From: an uncultured Actinomycetes bacterium
GTDB taxonomy: Bacteria > Actinomycetota > Thermoleophilia > Gaiellales > F1-60-MAGs149
Assembly (NCBI GenBank): GCA_963732645.1
Contig: CAVTAC010000002.1
Location: 70,773-134,772, forward strand
Length of the DNA stretch: 64,000 bases
Reading direction: 5' to 3'
A program made the translations under genes and the position numbers. The first letter of the stretch is position 1, and every line of letters begins with the position of its first letter. The notes beneath the pieces were generated by a model. It did not search any database and had not been told where the DNA came from. It saw only the letters and a list, made by a program, of their open reading frames with translations. Below are positions 53,514 to 64,000 of this stretch, one piece after another.

Positions 53514-54958
53514 TGTCGCTCGCCGCCGAACTCGCCGCCCGCCTCCGCTCCCGCATCGACGCGGGCGAGCTGGCGCCGGGCGACCGCCTGCCGCCCGTCC
53601 GCGAGCTGGCGACGACCGAGCACGTCTCGGCCGCCGTGGCGGGCGAGGCGTACGCGATGCTGGCGCGCGAGAGCCGCGTCGTCTCGCGCGTCGGCCGCGG
53701 CACCTACGTGGCCCGGCCGCGCGAGGGCGACGACCTGCTGGTCGAGCTCGTCGCCAGCCGCCGCGCGCCGGCGCCCTCGGCCATCCTCGACCTGCAGGAG
53801 CGCCTCGCGGGCGCCCAGCGCGCCGGCGCGATCAACCTCTCCGCCGGCCTGCCGGTGGTCGACGACCGCGTCGCCGCCGCCGTCTCGGCCGAGCTGGAGC
53901 TCGTCGTGCGCGAGGAGGGCGCCTCGCTGTTCGGCTACGGCCCGCCGCGCGGCGACCTCGGACTGCGCGAGCTGGTCGCCGACGCCTGGCGCACCCGCGG
54001 CCTGCACGCCGACCCGGAGGCGATCCTCGTCACCACCTCGGGCCAGCAGGCGATCGACCTGGCCGTCCGCGCGCTGGTGGAGCCCGGCGACGTCGTGCTC
54101 TGCGAGACGCCCACCTACGCCGGCGCGGTCGACGCGCTGGTCGCCTCGCGCGCCCGCATCGTGCCGATCCCGGTCGACGCCCACGGCCTGCGCGTCGAGG
54201 CCGTGGCCGAGGCGATCCGGCTCGAGCGCCCGCGGCTGCTGTTCGCGAACCCGACCGGCAACAACGCCACCGGCACGGTGCTGTCCGACGAGCGCCGCGC
54301 GCGCCTGGCCGCGCTCAGCGCCGAGACCGGCCTCGTGATCATCGAGGACGACACCGGCGCCGAGCTGATGCACGACGGGCCGGTGCCGGCGCCGATCGCG
54401 GCGTTCGATCCCGAGGCGCCGATCATCCTCGTCAAGAGCTACGCCAAGACCGTGCTGCCCGGCCTGCGCCTGGGCGTGATCCTGCCGCCGCCGCACCTCG
54501 ACCGCCGCGTGCTGGCCGCGAAGCTGGTCGCCGACCGCTACACGTCGCCGCCGCTGGTGCGCGCGCTGGCCGGCTACCTGGCCCGCCCGGAGGCGGCCCG
54601 CAACCTGGAGCGCACGCGGCTGCTGTACCGCGACCGCCGCGACGCCTTCCTGCGCTCGCTCGAGCGCCGGCTCGGCGGCCGCGCCACGTGGCTGGCGCCG
54701 CGCGCGGGCTTCAACCTCTGGCTGCGCCTGCCCGACCGGGTGTCGGAGGAGGAGATCTTCGCCCGCGGCGTCGAGCGCGGCGTGATCGTCTCGCCGGGCC
54801 ACACCTACGTGCCGCCCGGCGTGCCCACGTCGCACCTGCGGCTGTCGTTCTCGACCATGACGCCGGCGCAGGCCGACCGCGGCGTCGCGCGCCTCGCCCT
54901 CGCCCTGCGCGACGCGCTCGGCGGCGGCGGCCGCGACCGCTCGTTCGAGAGCGTCTGA
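53513..54958 (+). CDS. MocR/GabR-family PLP-dependent transcriptional regulator
   Basis: GntR HTH (PGDRLPPVRELA) plus aminotransferase domain (IIEDD, SYAKTVLPGLRLG). Confidence 0.95.
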   Translation: MSLAAELAARLRSRIDAGELAPGDRLPPVRELATTEHVSAAVAGEAYAMLARESRVVSRVGRGTYVARPREGDDLLVELVASRRAPAPSAILDLQERLAGAQRAGAINLSAGLPVVDDRVAAAVSAELELVVREEGASLFGYGPPRGDLGLRELVADAWRTRGLHADPEAILVTTSGQQAIDLAVRALVEPGDVVLCETPTYAGAVDALVASRARIVPIPVDAHGLRVEAVAEAIRLERPRLLFANPTGNNATGTVLSDERRARLAALSAETGLVIIEDDTGAELMHDGPVPAPIAAFDPEAPIILVKSYAKTVLPGLRLGVILPPPHLDRRVLAAKLVADRYTSPPLVRALAGYLARPEAARNLERTRLLYRDRRDAFLRSLERRLGGRATWLAPRAGFNLWLRLPDRVSEEEIFARGVERGVIVSPGHTYVPPGVPTSHLRLSFSTMTPAQADRGVARLALALRDALGGGGRDRSFESV

Positions 54959-54975
54959 GCCGATACGCTGGCGGC

Positions 54976-55864
54976 GTGAGTCGCCTGCCCTCGTTCGAGC
55001 GCCTCGTCGTGGTCGTGTGGATCGCGCTGTTCGTCAACTTCTGCTCGGGCGCGCTGGTGCGGGTCACCAACTCGGGCCTCGGCTGCCCCGACTGGCCGCT
55101 CTGCAACGGCCGCGCCACGCCGCCGCTGGCCGGGCACGCGGTGATCGAGTTCTCGAACCGGATCCTGGCCGGGCTGGTCATCATCCTGACGCTGCTGCTC
55201 GCCTACCGCGGCTGGCGCCACGCGAAGAAGCGCCTGGCGCTGGCGATCGCCATCGGCACGTTCGCGCAGGGGCCGCTGGGCGGCATCACGATCATGGTCG
55301 ACCTGCACCCGATCGCGGTCGCGAGCCACTTCCTGCTCGCGATCATCGTGTTCACGCTGGCGACCGTGCTGCTGGTCGACACCCGCTTCGCGCCCGCCGG
55401 CGACGGCGAGCGGCCCGGCTGGCTGCAGCCGGCGACGCTGGCCTTTCTGGCGCTCGGGCTGACGCTGATCGTGTCGGGCGCGATCGTCACGACCAGCAGC
55501 ACGCATCCCGGCGCCGACGACGTGCCGCGCCTGTACGCGCTGCTCGACGTCGCCTACTGGCACGTGCGCATCGCGGTCGCTCTACGTGAGCGCGCTGGCG
55601 GTGTTCCTCTTCCTGCTGTCGCGCATCGAGTTCACGTCGCGGCGCGTGCCGCGGCTGGCGTGGGTCGTCGTCGGGCTGACCGCGACGCAGGTCGTGATCG
55701 GCGAGGTGCAGTGGCGCAACGAGCTGCCCTGGTACCTCGTCTGGGCCCACGTCATGACCGGCACCCTGCTGTGGAGCAGCCTCGTCGCGCTCGGCCGCAC
55801 GCTGCTGCCCGCGCCGGCCGTCAGTCCTTCCAGGGCCCCCAGCCCGTCACCCGCTCGGGCGTGA
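54976..55864 (+). CDS. ctaA: Heme A synthase COX15/CtaA family (frameshift near 55580)
   Basis: GALVRVTNSGLGCPDWPLC, IEFSNR, QGPLGG, HFLLA. Confidence 0.85.
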
Positions 55865-56240
55865 TCCGCAGGACGTAGCCGTCGGGCGGCGTGTCGGTGT
55901 CGGGGAACCGGCGGTCGTCGCCGAAGTAGACGTGCGCGAGCTCCTGCAGCAGCTTCGCGCCGCCGCCCTCCTGCACGCGGCCGGTGCCGTAGACGACGAG
56001 GTGCTCGTCCACGTCCTGGGCGTTGCGGGTCGGCGACTGGAACGACACGACCACGCGCGGATCGCGCCGGACGTTGCGCAGCTTGCGCTGGTCGCCCAGA
56101 TGCGCGGAGACGATCTCGTCACCGTCCATGCCGGTCCAGATGCAGACGACGTTCGGCGAGCCGTCCTCGTCGAGCGTGACGATGTGGGCGAGGTTGCCGC
56201 CGGTGATGACCTGGCGGGCGGCGTCGTTCAGGACGGGCAC
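55821..56240 (-). CDS. PPOX-class F420-dependent oxidoreductase
   Basis: TLDEDGSP, KLRNVRRDPRV, RITPERV. Confidence 0.88.
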   Translation of the reverse strand: MPVLNDAARQVITGGNLAHIVTLDEDGSPNVVCIWTGMDGDEIVSAHLGDQRKLRNVRRDPRVVVSFQSPTRNAQDVDEHLVVYGTGRVQEGGGAKLLQELAHVYFGDDRRFPDTDTPPDGYVLRITPERVTGWGPWKD

Positions 56241-56256
56241 GTGGGGCTCCTCTCGT

Positions 56257-57255
56257 TCAATGCTTCCAGGCCATCCACGTCGCCGAGTTGAAGAAGCTCG
56301 CGACGAAGCTGCCCGGGGTGACCAGCTGGTCGCAGGCGGCGCGGATGTCGTCGGGCAGATCCATGTCGCCGGCCGGCAGCAGCCCGGTCAGCTGCTCGAC
56401 CGACTTCGGGCCGATGATGGGCGCGGTGACGCCGGGCTGGTCCTTCGTCCACAGCGCCGCCAGCAGCGCCGGCTCGTAGCCCGCGGCGCGGGCCAGCGCG
56501 GCGAAGGCGTTGCCGGCCTCGATGCCCGCCGCCGTGACGCGCTCGGCGTAGATGCCGCCGCGCAGCGCCGCGCGCGAGTCGGCCTCGCGGCCCGTCTCCG
56601 ACGCGTACCGGCCGGCCAGCATGCCCATCGCCAGCGGCGACCAGCACAGCACCCCGACGCCGTGGCGCCGGCACATCGGCAGCAGCTCGTTCTCGATCCG
56701 GCGGTCGAGCAGGTTGTAGGGCGACTGCTCCGAGACCACGCGCACGACGCCCTTCAGCTCGGCCGTCATGATCGCCTCCATGACGTGCCAGGCGGGCGAG
56801 GTCGAGGTGCCGACGTACCGCACCTTGCCGGCGCGCACGAGGTCGTCGAGCGCGCCCAGCGTCTCGTCCAGCGGCACGTCCATGTCGGGGCGGTGCGACT
56901 GGTACAGGTCGATGTGGTCGAGCCGCAGCCGCTGCAGCGACTCCTCGCAGGCGCGGATCAGGTGCGCGCGCGAGTTGCCGCGGTCGTTCGGGCCCGGGCC
57001 GGTCGGGTAGTGGAACTTCGTCGCCACCAGCACGTCGTCGCGCTTGCCGCGCAGGCGCAGGGCCTTGCCGATCACGCGCTCCGCCTCGCCGGCGCGGTAC
57101 GAGTTGGAGGTGTCGATCAGGTTGATGCCGCCGTCGATGGCGGCGTGGATCATGCGGATCGACTCGTCCTCGGAGGTCGGGTTGAGGATGTTGTCGGTGC
57201 CGAGCGCCAGCGCCGACACGAGCACCCCGCTGCGGCCCAGCCGGCGCGTCTGCAT
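56257..57255 (-). CDS. Aldo/keto reductase
   Basis: [37 protein letters not shown]. Confidence 0.95.
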   Translation of the reverse strand: MQTRRLGRSGVLVSALALGTDNILNPTSEDESIRMIHAAIDGGINLIDTSNSYRAGEAERVIGKALRLRGKRDDVLVATKFHYPTGPGPNDRGNSRAHLIRACEESLQRLRLDHIDLYQSHRPDMDVPLDETLGALDDLVRAGKVRYVGTSTSPAWHVMEAIMTAELKGVVRVVSEQSPYNLLDRRIENELLPMCRRHGVGVLCWSPLAMGMLAGRYASETGREADSRAALRGGIYAERVTAAGIEAGNAFAALARAAGYEPALLAALWTKDQPGVTAPIIGPKSVEQLTGLLPAGDMDLPDDIRAACDQLVTPGSFVASFFNSATWMAWKH

Positions 57256-58010
57256 CAGCGCGCCGTGTAGCCCGCGTCGACCGGCACGATCGCGCCCGTC
57301 ATGTAGCTCGCGGCATCGGAGGCCAGGAACACGACCACCTGCGCGATCTCGTCCGGCTGCGCGACCCGGGCCATCGGGATCGCGCGCTCGGCCATCGCGG
57401 CCAGCTCGTCGTCGGTCATCGGCGTCTCGCGCCCGGCCGCGCGCAGCATCGGCGTGTCGACCTCGCCCGGCGCCACGGCGTTGACGCGGATGCCGTCGCG
57501 GGCGTGGTCGAGCGCCATCGCGCGCGTGAGGTTGTGGACGGCGCCCTTCGCGGCGCAGTACGCGGTGTGGCCCTGGCCGCCGGTGCCGCCCCAGATGGAG
57601 CCGAAGTTGACGATCGCGCCCGATCCGGCGGGCTTCATCACCCGCACCGCGGCGCGGCTCATGAAGAAGGTTCCGTCAACGTTGACGCGGAACTGGCGGT
57701 GCCACGACTCGTCGTCGGTGCCGAGCGCGTCGGCGCGGACGATGGTGCCGGCGGCGTTGACGAGCGCGTTCAGCCGCCCGTGCCGCTCGATCGTCTCCGC
57801 CACGGCGTGCTCGCAGAACGCCGAGTCGGTGACGTCGCCGGCCACCACGGTCGCGCCGATGCCGGCCGCGACGTTGGCCGCACCGACGCCGTCGCGGTCG
57901 ACGATCACCACCCGGGCGCCGGCACCGGAGAGCAGGCGCGCGCAGGCGGCTCCCATGCCCGAGGCGCCGCCGGTGACGATGACGATTCGGCCCTTCACGC
58001 CGGAGAGCAT
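57255..58010 (-). CDS. Short-chain dehydrogenase/reductase
   Basis: [27 protein letters not shown]. Confidence 0.95.
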   Translation of the reverse strand: MLSGVKGRIVIVTGGASGMGAACARLLSGAGARVVIVDRDGVGAANVAAGIGATVVAGDVTDSAFCEHAVAETIERHGRLNALVNAAGTIVRADALGTDDESWHRQFRVNVDGTFFMSRAAVRVMKPAGSGAIVNFGSIWGGTGGQGHTAYCAAKGAVHNLTRAMALDHARDGIRVNAVAPGEVDTPMLRAAGRETPMTDDELAAMAERAIPMARVAQPDEIAQVVVFLASDAASYMTGAIVPVDAGYTAR

Positions 58011-58019
58011 AGTGGCGCG

Positions 58020-60460
58020 CTACGGAGCGGATGCGCTCGCCCGCGGGTCGTACAGCGGCTCGGCGCGCACCTCGGCGCCGACCCAGTCGCCGAAGATGTC
58101 GACCTCGAGCCGCGTGCCCGGGTCCGGCGGCCTCGGCGGGCACCCAGGCCCAGGCGATCGACGCGGCCACCGCGAAGCCGTAGCCGCCGGTCGTGACGCG
58201 GCCGAGCGATCTCGCCGTCGGTGCGGCGCACGGGCTCGGAGCCGAGCGCGATGGCGCGCGGCTCGTCCAGCACCAGGCAGACCAGCCGGGTGGCCGGCTC
58301 GCCGACGGCGCGGCTGGCGACGACCGCCGTCGCGGCCGATGAAGTCGATGCCCTTGTCGGGCTTCACCGCGAAGCCGAGCGCCGGCCTCGTCGGGCGACG
58401 TGTCGGGCGTGATGTCGGTGGCCCAGGCGCGGTAGCCCTTCTCGAGCCGCAGCGCGTCGATGGCGCGGTAGCCGCACGGCACCAGGCCGTGCACCTGGCC
58501 GGCGTCGTACAGCGTCGTCCCACAGCGCGGTGCCGTACTCCGCCGGGCAGTACAGCTCCCAGCCCAGCTCGCCCACGTAGGTGACGCGCACGGCGAGGCA
58601 GGGCACGTCGCCGACGGCGATCTGCTGCGCCGACATGTACGGGAAGTCGGCGTGGGCGAGCGACGTCTTGGTCAGGCCCTGCAGGATGTCGCGGGCGCGC
58701 GGGCCCCAGAGGCCGAAGCAGGCGCGGCTCGCGGTCACGTCGGTGACGTGGACGGAGCCGTCGCGCGGCGCGTGGCGCTCGATCCAGCGCCGGTCGTGCG
58801 TGCCGAACGCCGTGCCGGTGATGAGCAGGAACCGGTCCTCGGCCGTGCGGATCACCGACAGGTCGCACTCGATGCCGCCGTGGTCGTTGAGCATCTGCGT
58901 GTAGGTGACGCGTCCGACCGGCCGCGACGACGTCGTTGGCGCAGAGCCGCTGCAGCAGGTCGAGCGCGCCGGGGCCGACGACCTCGATCTTGGCGAAGCT
59001 GGACTCGTCGAACAGGCCCGCCGCGGTGCGGGTGGCGGCGGCCTCGGCGGCGATCGCCGGCGACCAGTTCTCGCCCGCCCAGCCGCGCGGCCGCAGCGAC
59101 TCGTCGCCGCCGGCGGCGTTCGACTCGTACCAGTTCACGCGCTCCCAGCCCGACTTCTCGCCGAAGGCGGCGCCGAGCGCGGCGTGGCGCGCGTAGGCCG
59201 GCGAGACGCGCAGCGGCCGGCCGGCCTTGCGCTCCTCGCCCGGGTACTTGATGTCGTAGTACTTCGACAGCGCCTCGTAGGTGCGGGCCAGCGTGTAGCG
59301 CTGCGAGGCGTAGGTGGCGCCGAAGCGGCGGATGTCGAGCGCCCAGACCTCCCACTCCGGCTGGCCGTCGATGATCCACTCGGCCATCGTCTTGCCGATG
59401 CCGCCGGCGCCGGCCAGGCCGTGCGCGCAGAAGCCGGCGGCGACCCAGAAGCCGGGCACCTCCGACTCGCCGAGGATGAACTCGGCGTCGGGCGTGAAGG
59501 CCTCGGGGCCGTTGAAGAACTTCTTGATCGGGAGCGTCTCGAGCGTCGGAACGCGGTGGATCGCGTTCGTCATCAGCTCCTCCATCCGGTCCCAGTCCTC
59601 GCTCAGCAGCTGCGCCTCGAAGCCGGCCGGGATGCCGTCCAGCGCCCACGACGCCGGGTTGCGCTCGTAGCCGCCCATCACGAGGCCGCCGACCTCGGTG
59701 CGGAAGTAGACGAGGTTGTCGGGGTCGCGCAGCGTCGGCAGCGGCGGGCAGGGCGGGGTCGGTCGGCTCGGTGACGACGTACTGGTGGCCGAACGGGATG
59801 ATCGGGATGTCGACGCCGACCAGCCGGCCGACCTCGGGCGCGTACATGCCGGCGGCGTTGACGACGACCTCGCACTCGATGCGGCCCTTGTCGGTGACGA
59901 CGGCGCAGACGCGGCCGTCGTCGCTGCTCGATCGCGAGCACCTGCGTGCGCGTCTCGATCTCGGCGCCCAGCCGGCGGGCGGCGTCGGCGAGCGCGAACG
60001 TGAGCTGGCTCGGGTCGAGGTAGCCGTCGTACGGCAGGTAGGCGGCGGCGAGCACGCCGTCGGTCGACATGAGCGGGAACTTCTCCTGCGCCTCGGCCGC
60101 GGAGATGATCTCCATCGGCAGGCCGAAGGTGCGGGCCCAGGCGTTCTGGCGCTGGATCTCCTCCAGCCGCGCGGGCGACGACGCGAGCCGCAGGCCGCCG
60201 AGCTGGTGCCAGCCGGGATCCTTGCCGGTCTCGCGCTCCAGCTCGCCGTAGAGGCCGACGGAGTACATCATCATCCGCGTCAGCGACACCGACGATCGCA
60301 GCTGGCCGACGAGGCCGGCGGAGTGCCAGGTCGAGCCGTGCGTGAGCTGGTACTGCTCGACGAGCACGGAGTCCGTCCAGCCGAGCTTGGCGAGGTGGTA
60401 CAGGACGGAACAGCCTCCGACGCCGCCGCCGATCACCACTGCCCGAGCGCGTTCCCGCAC
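58020..60460 (-). CDS. GcvT-family FAD oxidoreductase (dimethylglycine/sarcosine dehydrogenase-like; frameshifts)
   Basis: [47 protein letters not shown]. Confidence 0.92.
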
Positions 60461-60489
60461 GGTCGCCTCCTGGTCTAGACCAAGCCGAG

Positions 60490-60610
60490 TGTGCCAAACC
60501 CGCGCGCCTTCCGTGCGCGTTCCATGCGCGGGGTCTGACCCCGAAATCGCCTCCGCTGGGGTCTGACCCCAGAACGTTTCCGCGCCGAAGGCGCGCGGGT
60601 CGCGCGATTC
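60490..60610 (-). repeat. REP-doublet-like element (copy 2, inverted relative to 30320-30440)
   Basis: CGGGGTCTGACCCCG 60529-60543 and CTGGGGTCTGACCCCAG 60556-60572; flanks also homologous to copy 1. Confidence 0.85.
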
Positions 60611-60661
60611 GTCGGGCGGGAGCGTGGTTCGGCGCGGTGCGTGCGCCGGGCGTGACGTGGG

Positions 60662-61073
60662 TCAGCTAGCCTGGGAGGCCAGCGCGATCGCCACGACGGC
60701 GGCGGCGAAACCGAGGCCGATGCCGATCGCGCCCAGCTTCGCGAGCGGTGTCCGCAGCGCGAGGATGCCGAGGATCACCGCGCCCAGGGCGGCCGACAGC
60801 GCGCTCAGCACGGCGACGTCGCGCGTGCCGGGGACGTCGCTGCCGGCGGCGAGGGCCGGGATCATGGCGATGCCGCCGATGGCGGCCGACCACAGCGGCG
60901 CGCCCGGGCTCTTGTAGTTGCGCCGGGCGAGCAGGCGCGGCGTGGCGAACCGGTCGATCGACGGGCCCGATGATGATGCCGACCGGCCCGACCGCCAGCA
61001 GCCCCGCCATGGTCGTGACGACGAGGATCGCGCTGGCGATCGCCAGCGTGCGGCGGTCGAGGTCCTCGGTCAT
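60662..61073 (-). CDS. Small membrane protein, about 4 TMs (frameshift near 60950)
   Basis: Hydrophobic segments in two frames; ATGA overlap with the MaoC gene. Confidence 0.55.
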
Positions 61074-61552
61074 GCCGGCCGCTTCGGCACCAGCACGCGC
61101 CGGCGGAACTCGCACACGACCTCGTCGCGCTGGTTCCAGGCGATGGTCTCGACGTAGACGATGCCGCGATCGGGCTTCGACCGCGACTCGGTCTTCTCCA
61201 GCACGGTCGTCTTCGCGTAGATGGTGTCGCCGTGGAACGTCGGCTTCGCGTGCTTGAGCGACTCGATCTCGAGGTTCGCGATCGCCTTGCCCGACACGTC
61301 CGGCACGCTCATGCCGAGCGCCAGCGAGTAGACGAGATTGCCGACGACGACGTTCTTGCCGAACTGCGTCTCCGTCTCGGCGTAGTGCGCGTCGGTGTGC
61401 AGCGGGTGGTGGTTCATCGTGATCATGCAGAACAGGTGGTCGTCGGCCTCGGTGATCGTCTTGCCGGGCCAGTGCACGTAGACGTCGCCGACCTCGAAGT
61501 CCTCGAGGTAGCGGCCGAAGCGCGTCTCCCTGGCGTGGATCTCGCGGCCCAT
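61070..61552 (-). CDS. MaoC-family dehydratase (mesaconyl-CoA hydratase-like)
   Basis: FGRYLEDFEVG, HWPGKTITEADDHLFC.ITMNHHPLH, PTFHGDT. Confidence 0.9.
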   Translation of the reverse strand: MGREIHARETRFGRYLEDFEVGDVYVHWPGKTITEADDHLFCMITMNHHPLHTDAHYAETETQFGKNVVVGNLVYSLALGMSVPDVSGKAIANLEIESLKHAKPTFHGDTIYAKTTVLEKTESRSKPDRGIVYVETIAWNQRDEVVCEFRRRVLVPKRPA

Positions 61553-61554
61553 CG

Positions 61555-62751
61555 TCACCCCTTGTAGCGCGCGATCAGCCCGCGCGCGATGATCGTCTTC
61601 TGGATCTCGGACGTGCCCTCGCCGATCAGCAGCATCGGCGCGTCGCGGTACAGCCGCTCGATCTCGTACTCCTTCGAGTACCCGTAGCCGCCGTGGATGC
61701 GGAACGCCTCCTCGACGACCTCCTTGCACATCTCCGACGCGAAGTACTTGGCCATGCCGGTCTCGACGTCGGCGCGGCGGCCGGCGTCCTTCGCGCGCGC
61801 GGCCTGCACGGTCAGCAGGCGCGCCGCCTCGATCTTCGTCGCCATCTCGGCCAGCTTGAACTGGATCGCCTGGTGGCGGTGCAGCGGCTTGCCGAACGTC
61901 TCGCGCTCGTGGGCGTAGCGGATGCCGAGCTCGTAGGCGCGCCGCGCGACGCCCACACCGCGGGCCGCCACGTTCGCGCGGCCCACCTCGACGCCGCTCA
62001 TCATCTGCGCGAAGCCCTTGCCGATGCCCGCCTCGCCGCCCAGCAGCGCGTTGTCCGGCACGCGGTGGTTGTCGAACACCAGCTCGGTCGTCTCGACGCC
62101 CTTGTAGCCGAGCTTGTGCAGCTGCGGCGGGATCGTCAGGCCGCCCTGCTCGGCCACGCCCGGCTCCTTCACGACCATGAAGCACGTCATGCCGGTGTGC
62201 GGCGGGTCGGCGGCCGGGTCGGTCTTCACGAGGGTCGCGACGACGCTCGAGCGCAGGCCGTTCGTGACCCACATCTTCTGGCCGTTGATGAGCCAGTCGT
62301 CGCCGTCGCGCACGGCGGTCGAGAGGATCGCCTGCACGTCGGAGCCGCAGTGGGGCTCCGTCATCGAGAAGGCGCCGCGCACCTCGCCGGTCGCCATCTG
62401 CGGCAGCAGGCGCTCGCGCTGCTCGTCCGTGCCGCTCTGCAGCAGCATCGACGAGCAGATGAAGTGCGTGTTGATGATGCCCGAGACCGACATCCAGCCG
62501 CGCGAGATCTCCTCGATCGCGAGGCAGTACGTGGTCAGGTCGAGGCCCATGCCGCCGTACTGCTCGGGGATCGTGAAGCCGAAGATGCCGAGCTCGCGCA
62601 GCCCCTGGACGATCTCGTCCGGGAACCGGTCGGCGGCCTCGTACTCGGACGCGCGCGGGATGATCTCGCCCTCGACGAAGTCGCGCACCGCGAGCAGGAT
62701 GTCCTCCTGGTCGGAGGAGAGGCCGAGCGCGCGGAAGTCGGGCGCCGACAT
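61555..62751 (-). CDS. Acyl-CoA dehydrogenase (methylsuccinyl-CoA dehydrogenase-like)
   Basis: RGWMSVSGIINTH, FSMTEPHCGSDVQA, GQKMWVTNG, HGGYGYSKEY, IGEGTSEIQ. Confidence 0.93.
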   Translation of the reverse strand: MSAPDFRALGLSSDQEDILLAVRDFVEGEIIPRASEYEAADRFPDEIVQGLRELGIFGFTIPEQYGGMGLDLTTYCLAIEEISRGWMSVSGIINTHFICSSMLLQSGTDEQRERLLPQMATGEVRGAFSMTEPHCGSDVQAILSTAVRDGDDWLINGQKMWVTNGLRSSVVATLVKTDPAADPPHTGMTCFMVVKEPGVAEQGGLTIPPQLHKLGYKGVETTELVFDNHRVPDNALLGGEAGIGKGFAQMMSGVEVGRANVAARGVGVARRAYELGIRYAHERETFGKPLHRHQAIQFKLAEMATKIEAARLLTVQAARAKDAGRRADVETGMAKYFASEMCKEVVEEAFRIHGGYGYSKEYEIERLYRDAPMLLIGEGTSEIQKTIIARGLIARYKG

Positions 62752-63677
62752 CAGGCCTCCGCGGGGGTGGGCGTCATGCCCGCCGCGCGGCCGGCGGCCT
62801 CGACCTGGAGCGCCATCTTGCGGCTCGCCTCGTCGATCATCTCGCCGTTGAACATGACGGCGCCGCGGCCCTCCTCCTCGGTCGCGACGCGGTACGCGTC
62901 GAGGATCGCGACGGCCAGGTCGAACTGCTTCTGCGCGGGCGAGTAGACCTCGTTCGCGATCGCGACCTGGTCGGGGTGCAGCGCCCACTTGCCGTCCATG
63001 CCGAGCAGCCGCGAGCGCCGGGCGACCTCGCGCATGCCGTCCAGGTCGCGGATCGCGGCGAACGGCCCGTCGATGGCCTGCAGGCCGTAGGCGCGCGCGG
63101 TGTTGACGATGCGCGCGTTGATGTAGTGCCACTGGTCGCCCGGGTAGTCGTGCTCGATCGCGCCGACCGTGAGCTGCGGGATGCCGAGGTTGGCGGCGTA
63201 GTCGCCGGGGCCGAAGATGATCGTCTCGGCGCGCGGCGAGGCGGCCGCGATCTCCTCCATCTTGACCGTGCCGTGGCCGGTCTCGATCTGCAGCTCGAGG
63301 CCGATGCGGCCGACCTCGAGGCCGAGGTCGAGCTCGAGCTGCGTCAGCAGGTGCGCCACGAAGTGCACGTGCGAGGCGTCGTGCACCTTCGGGATCATGA
63401 TGCAGTCCAGCTGCGCGCCGGCGCCCTCGACGATGTACGTGATGTCGCGCCAGCACCACCGCGTGGCGACGCCGTTGATGCGCACGACCTTCGTCTTCGC
63501 CGTCCACTCCTCGCGCAGCGCGTCGACGATGTTCTGGCGCGTCGCGTCGGTCTTCTCCGACTCCGCTACCGCGTCCTCGAGGTCGAGGAAGACCTGGTCG
63601 GCAGGCAGCGTGCGCGCCTTGGAGAGCATCTTCGGGCTCGAGCCCGGGACGGCGAGGCAGGATCGTCGGAGGCGCAT
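62751..63677 (-). CDS. CitE-family CoA ester lyase (malyl-CoA/beta-methylmalyl-CoA lyase-like)
   Basis: RRSCLAVPGS, LDLEDAV, QIET, FGPGDY, GKWALHPDQ, MIDEASRK. Confidence 0.93.
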   Translation of the reverse strand: MRLRRSCLAVPGSSPKMLSKARTLPADQVFLDLEDAVAESEKTDATRQNIVDALREEWTAKTKVVRINGVATRWCWRDITYIVEGAGAQLDCIMIPKVHDASHVHFVAHLLTQLELDLGLEVGRIGLELQIETGHGTVKMEEIAAASPRAETIIFGPGDYAANLGIPQLTVGAIEHDYPGDQWHYINARIVNTARAYGLQAIDGPFAAIRDLDGMREVARRSRLLGMDGKWALHPDQVAIANEVYSPAQKQFDLAVAILDAYRVATEEEGRGAVMFNGEMIDEASRKMALQVEAAGRAAGMTPTPAEA

Positions 63678-63746
63678 TACGGGATCGTAGATCCCCTGTG
63701 CATGGTGCTGCGGCACGCCGTAGGGCCCGAGTCGTACGCTTCTCGG

Positions 63747-64000
63747 GTGGACCAGATGCGCCTTCTCCTGGCACGGCACGGCCACGCGACGAGCGGACCC
63801 GACCATCGCTGGACGGCCGAGGACCCGCTCACGCCGCTCGGGCACCGCCAGGCGGAGGAGCTCGGCCGCTACGTCGCGTCGCTGCGCCGGCCGCCGACGC
63901 GCATCATCGCGTCGCCGGCCGTCCGCGCCCGGCAGACGGCCGAGGCCTGCGCGCGCGAGCTCCGGCTCGACGTCTCGATCGACGACCGGCTGATCGAGTT
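63747..64000 (+). CDS. Histidine phosphatase family protein (runs off window end)
   Basis: Manual translation MDQMRLLLARHGHA..PLTPLGHRQA..ASPAVRARQTA..DDRLIE. Confidence 0.88.
   Translation, partial: MDQMRLLLARHGHATSGPDHRWTAEDPLTPLGHRQAEELGRYVASLRRPPTRIIASPAVRARQTAEACARELRLDVSIDDRLIE

Overview
Very GC-rich chromosomal window spanning the replication origin of an actinobacterium. Gene content and style fit class Thermoleophilia (inference). It opens with the core dciA-recF-dnaN-[oriC]-dnaA / rpmH-rnpA-yidD-yidC-jag block, then an inverted operon (small LAGLIDADG-like gene, rsmG, parA, parB) with a parS-like site, divergent from tRNA-Ile(GAT). The rest is housekeeping and accessory: a FabF/HisD-paralog cluster, PBP1A, a membrane pseudokinase, sortase plus a degenerate M28 membrane protein, an OmpR two-component system with HtrA, otsA, wbpABD-like genes, SpoIID, DUF1501/DUF1800, a PaoABC-like molybdo-enzyme, SigR/RsrA-like genes, LigC, MocR, a GcvT-family dehydrogenase and mcl-mcd-mch. 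Many genes, including essential dnaA, dnaN and yidC, carry single-base frameshifts. These look like uncorrected long-read indels, so ends of such genes are approximate. Best leads: (1) a stand-alone single-motif LAGLIDADG protein translationally coupled to rsmG-parAB under a parS-overlapped promoter; (2) a recurrent non-canonical DnaA-box-like 10-mer (YYNTCCCAVG) together with an altered DnaA recognition helix; (3) a hairpin tandem repeat bracketed by a duplicated DUF1501 3' end; (4) a Gaa1-like degenerate M28 protein paired with sortase; (5) a HisD paralog with changed Zn and substrate ligands; (6) a two-promoter, two-isoform SigR layout. No CRISPR array, prophage or intact transposase was seen.
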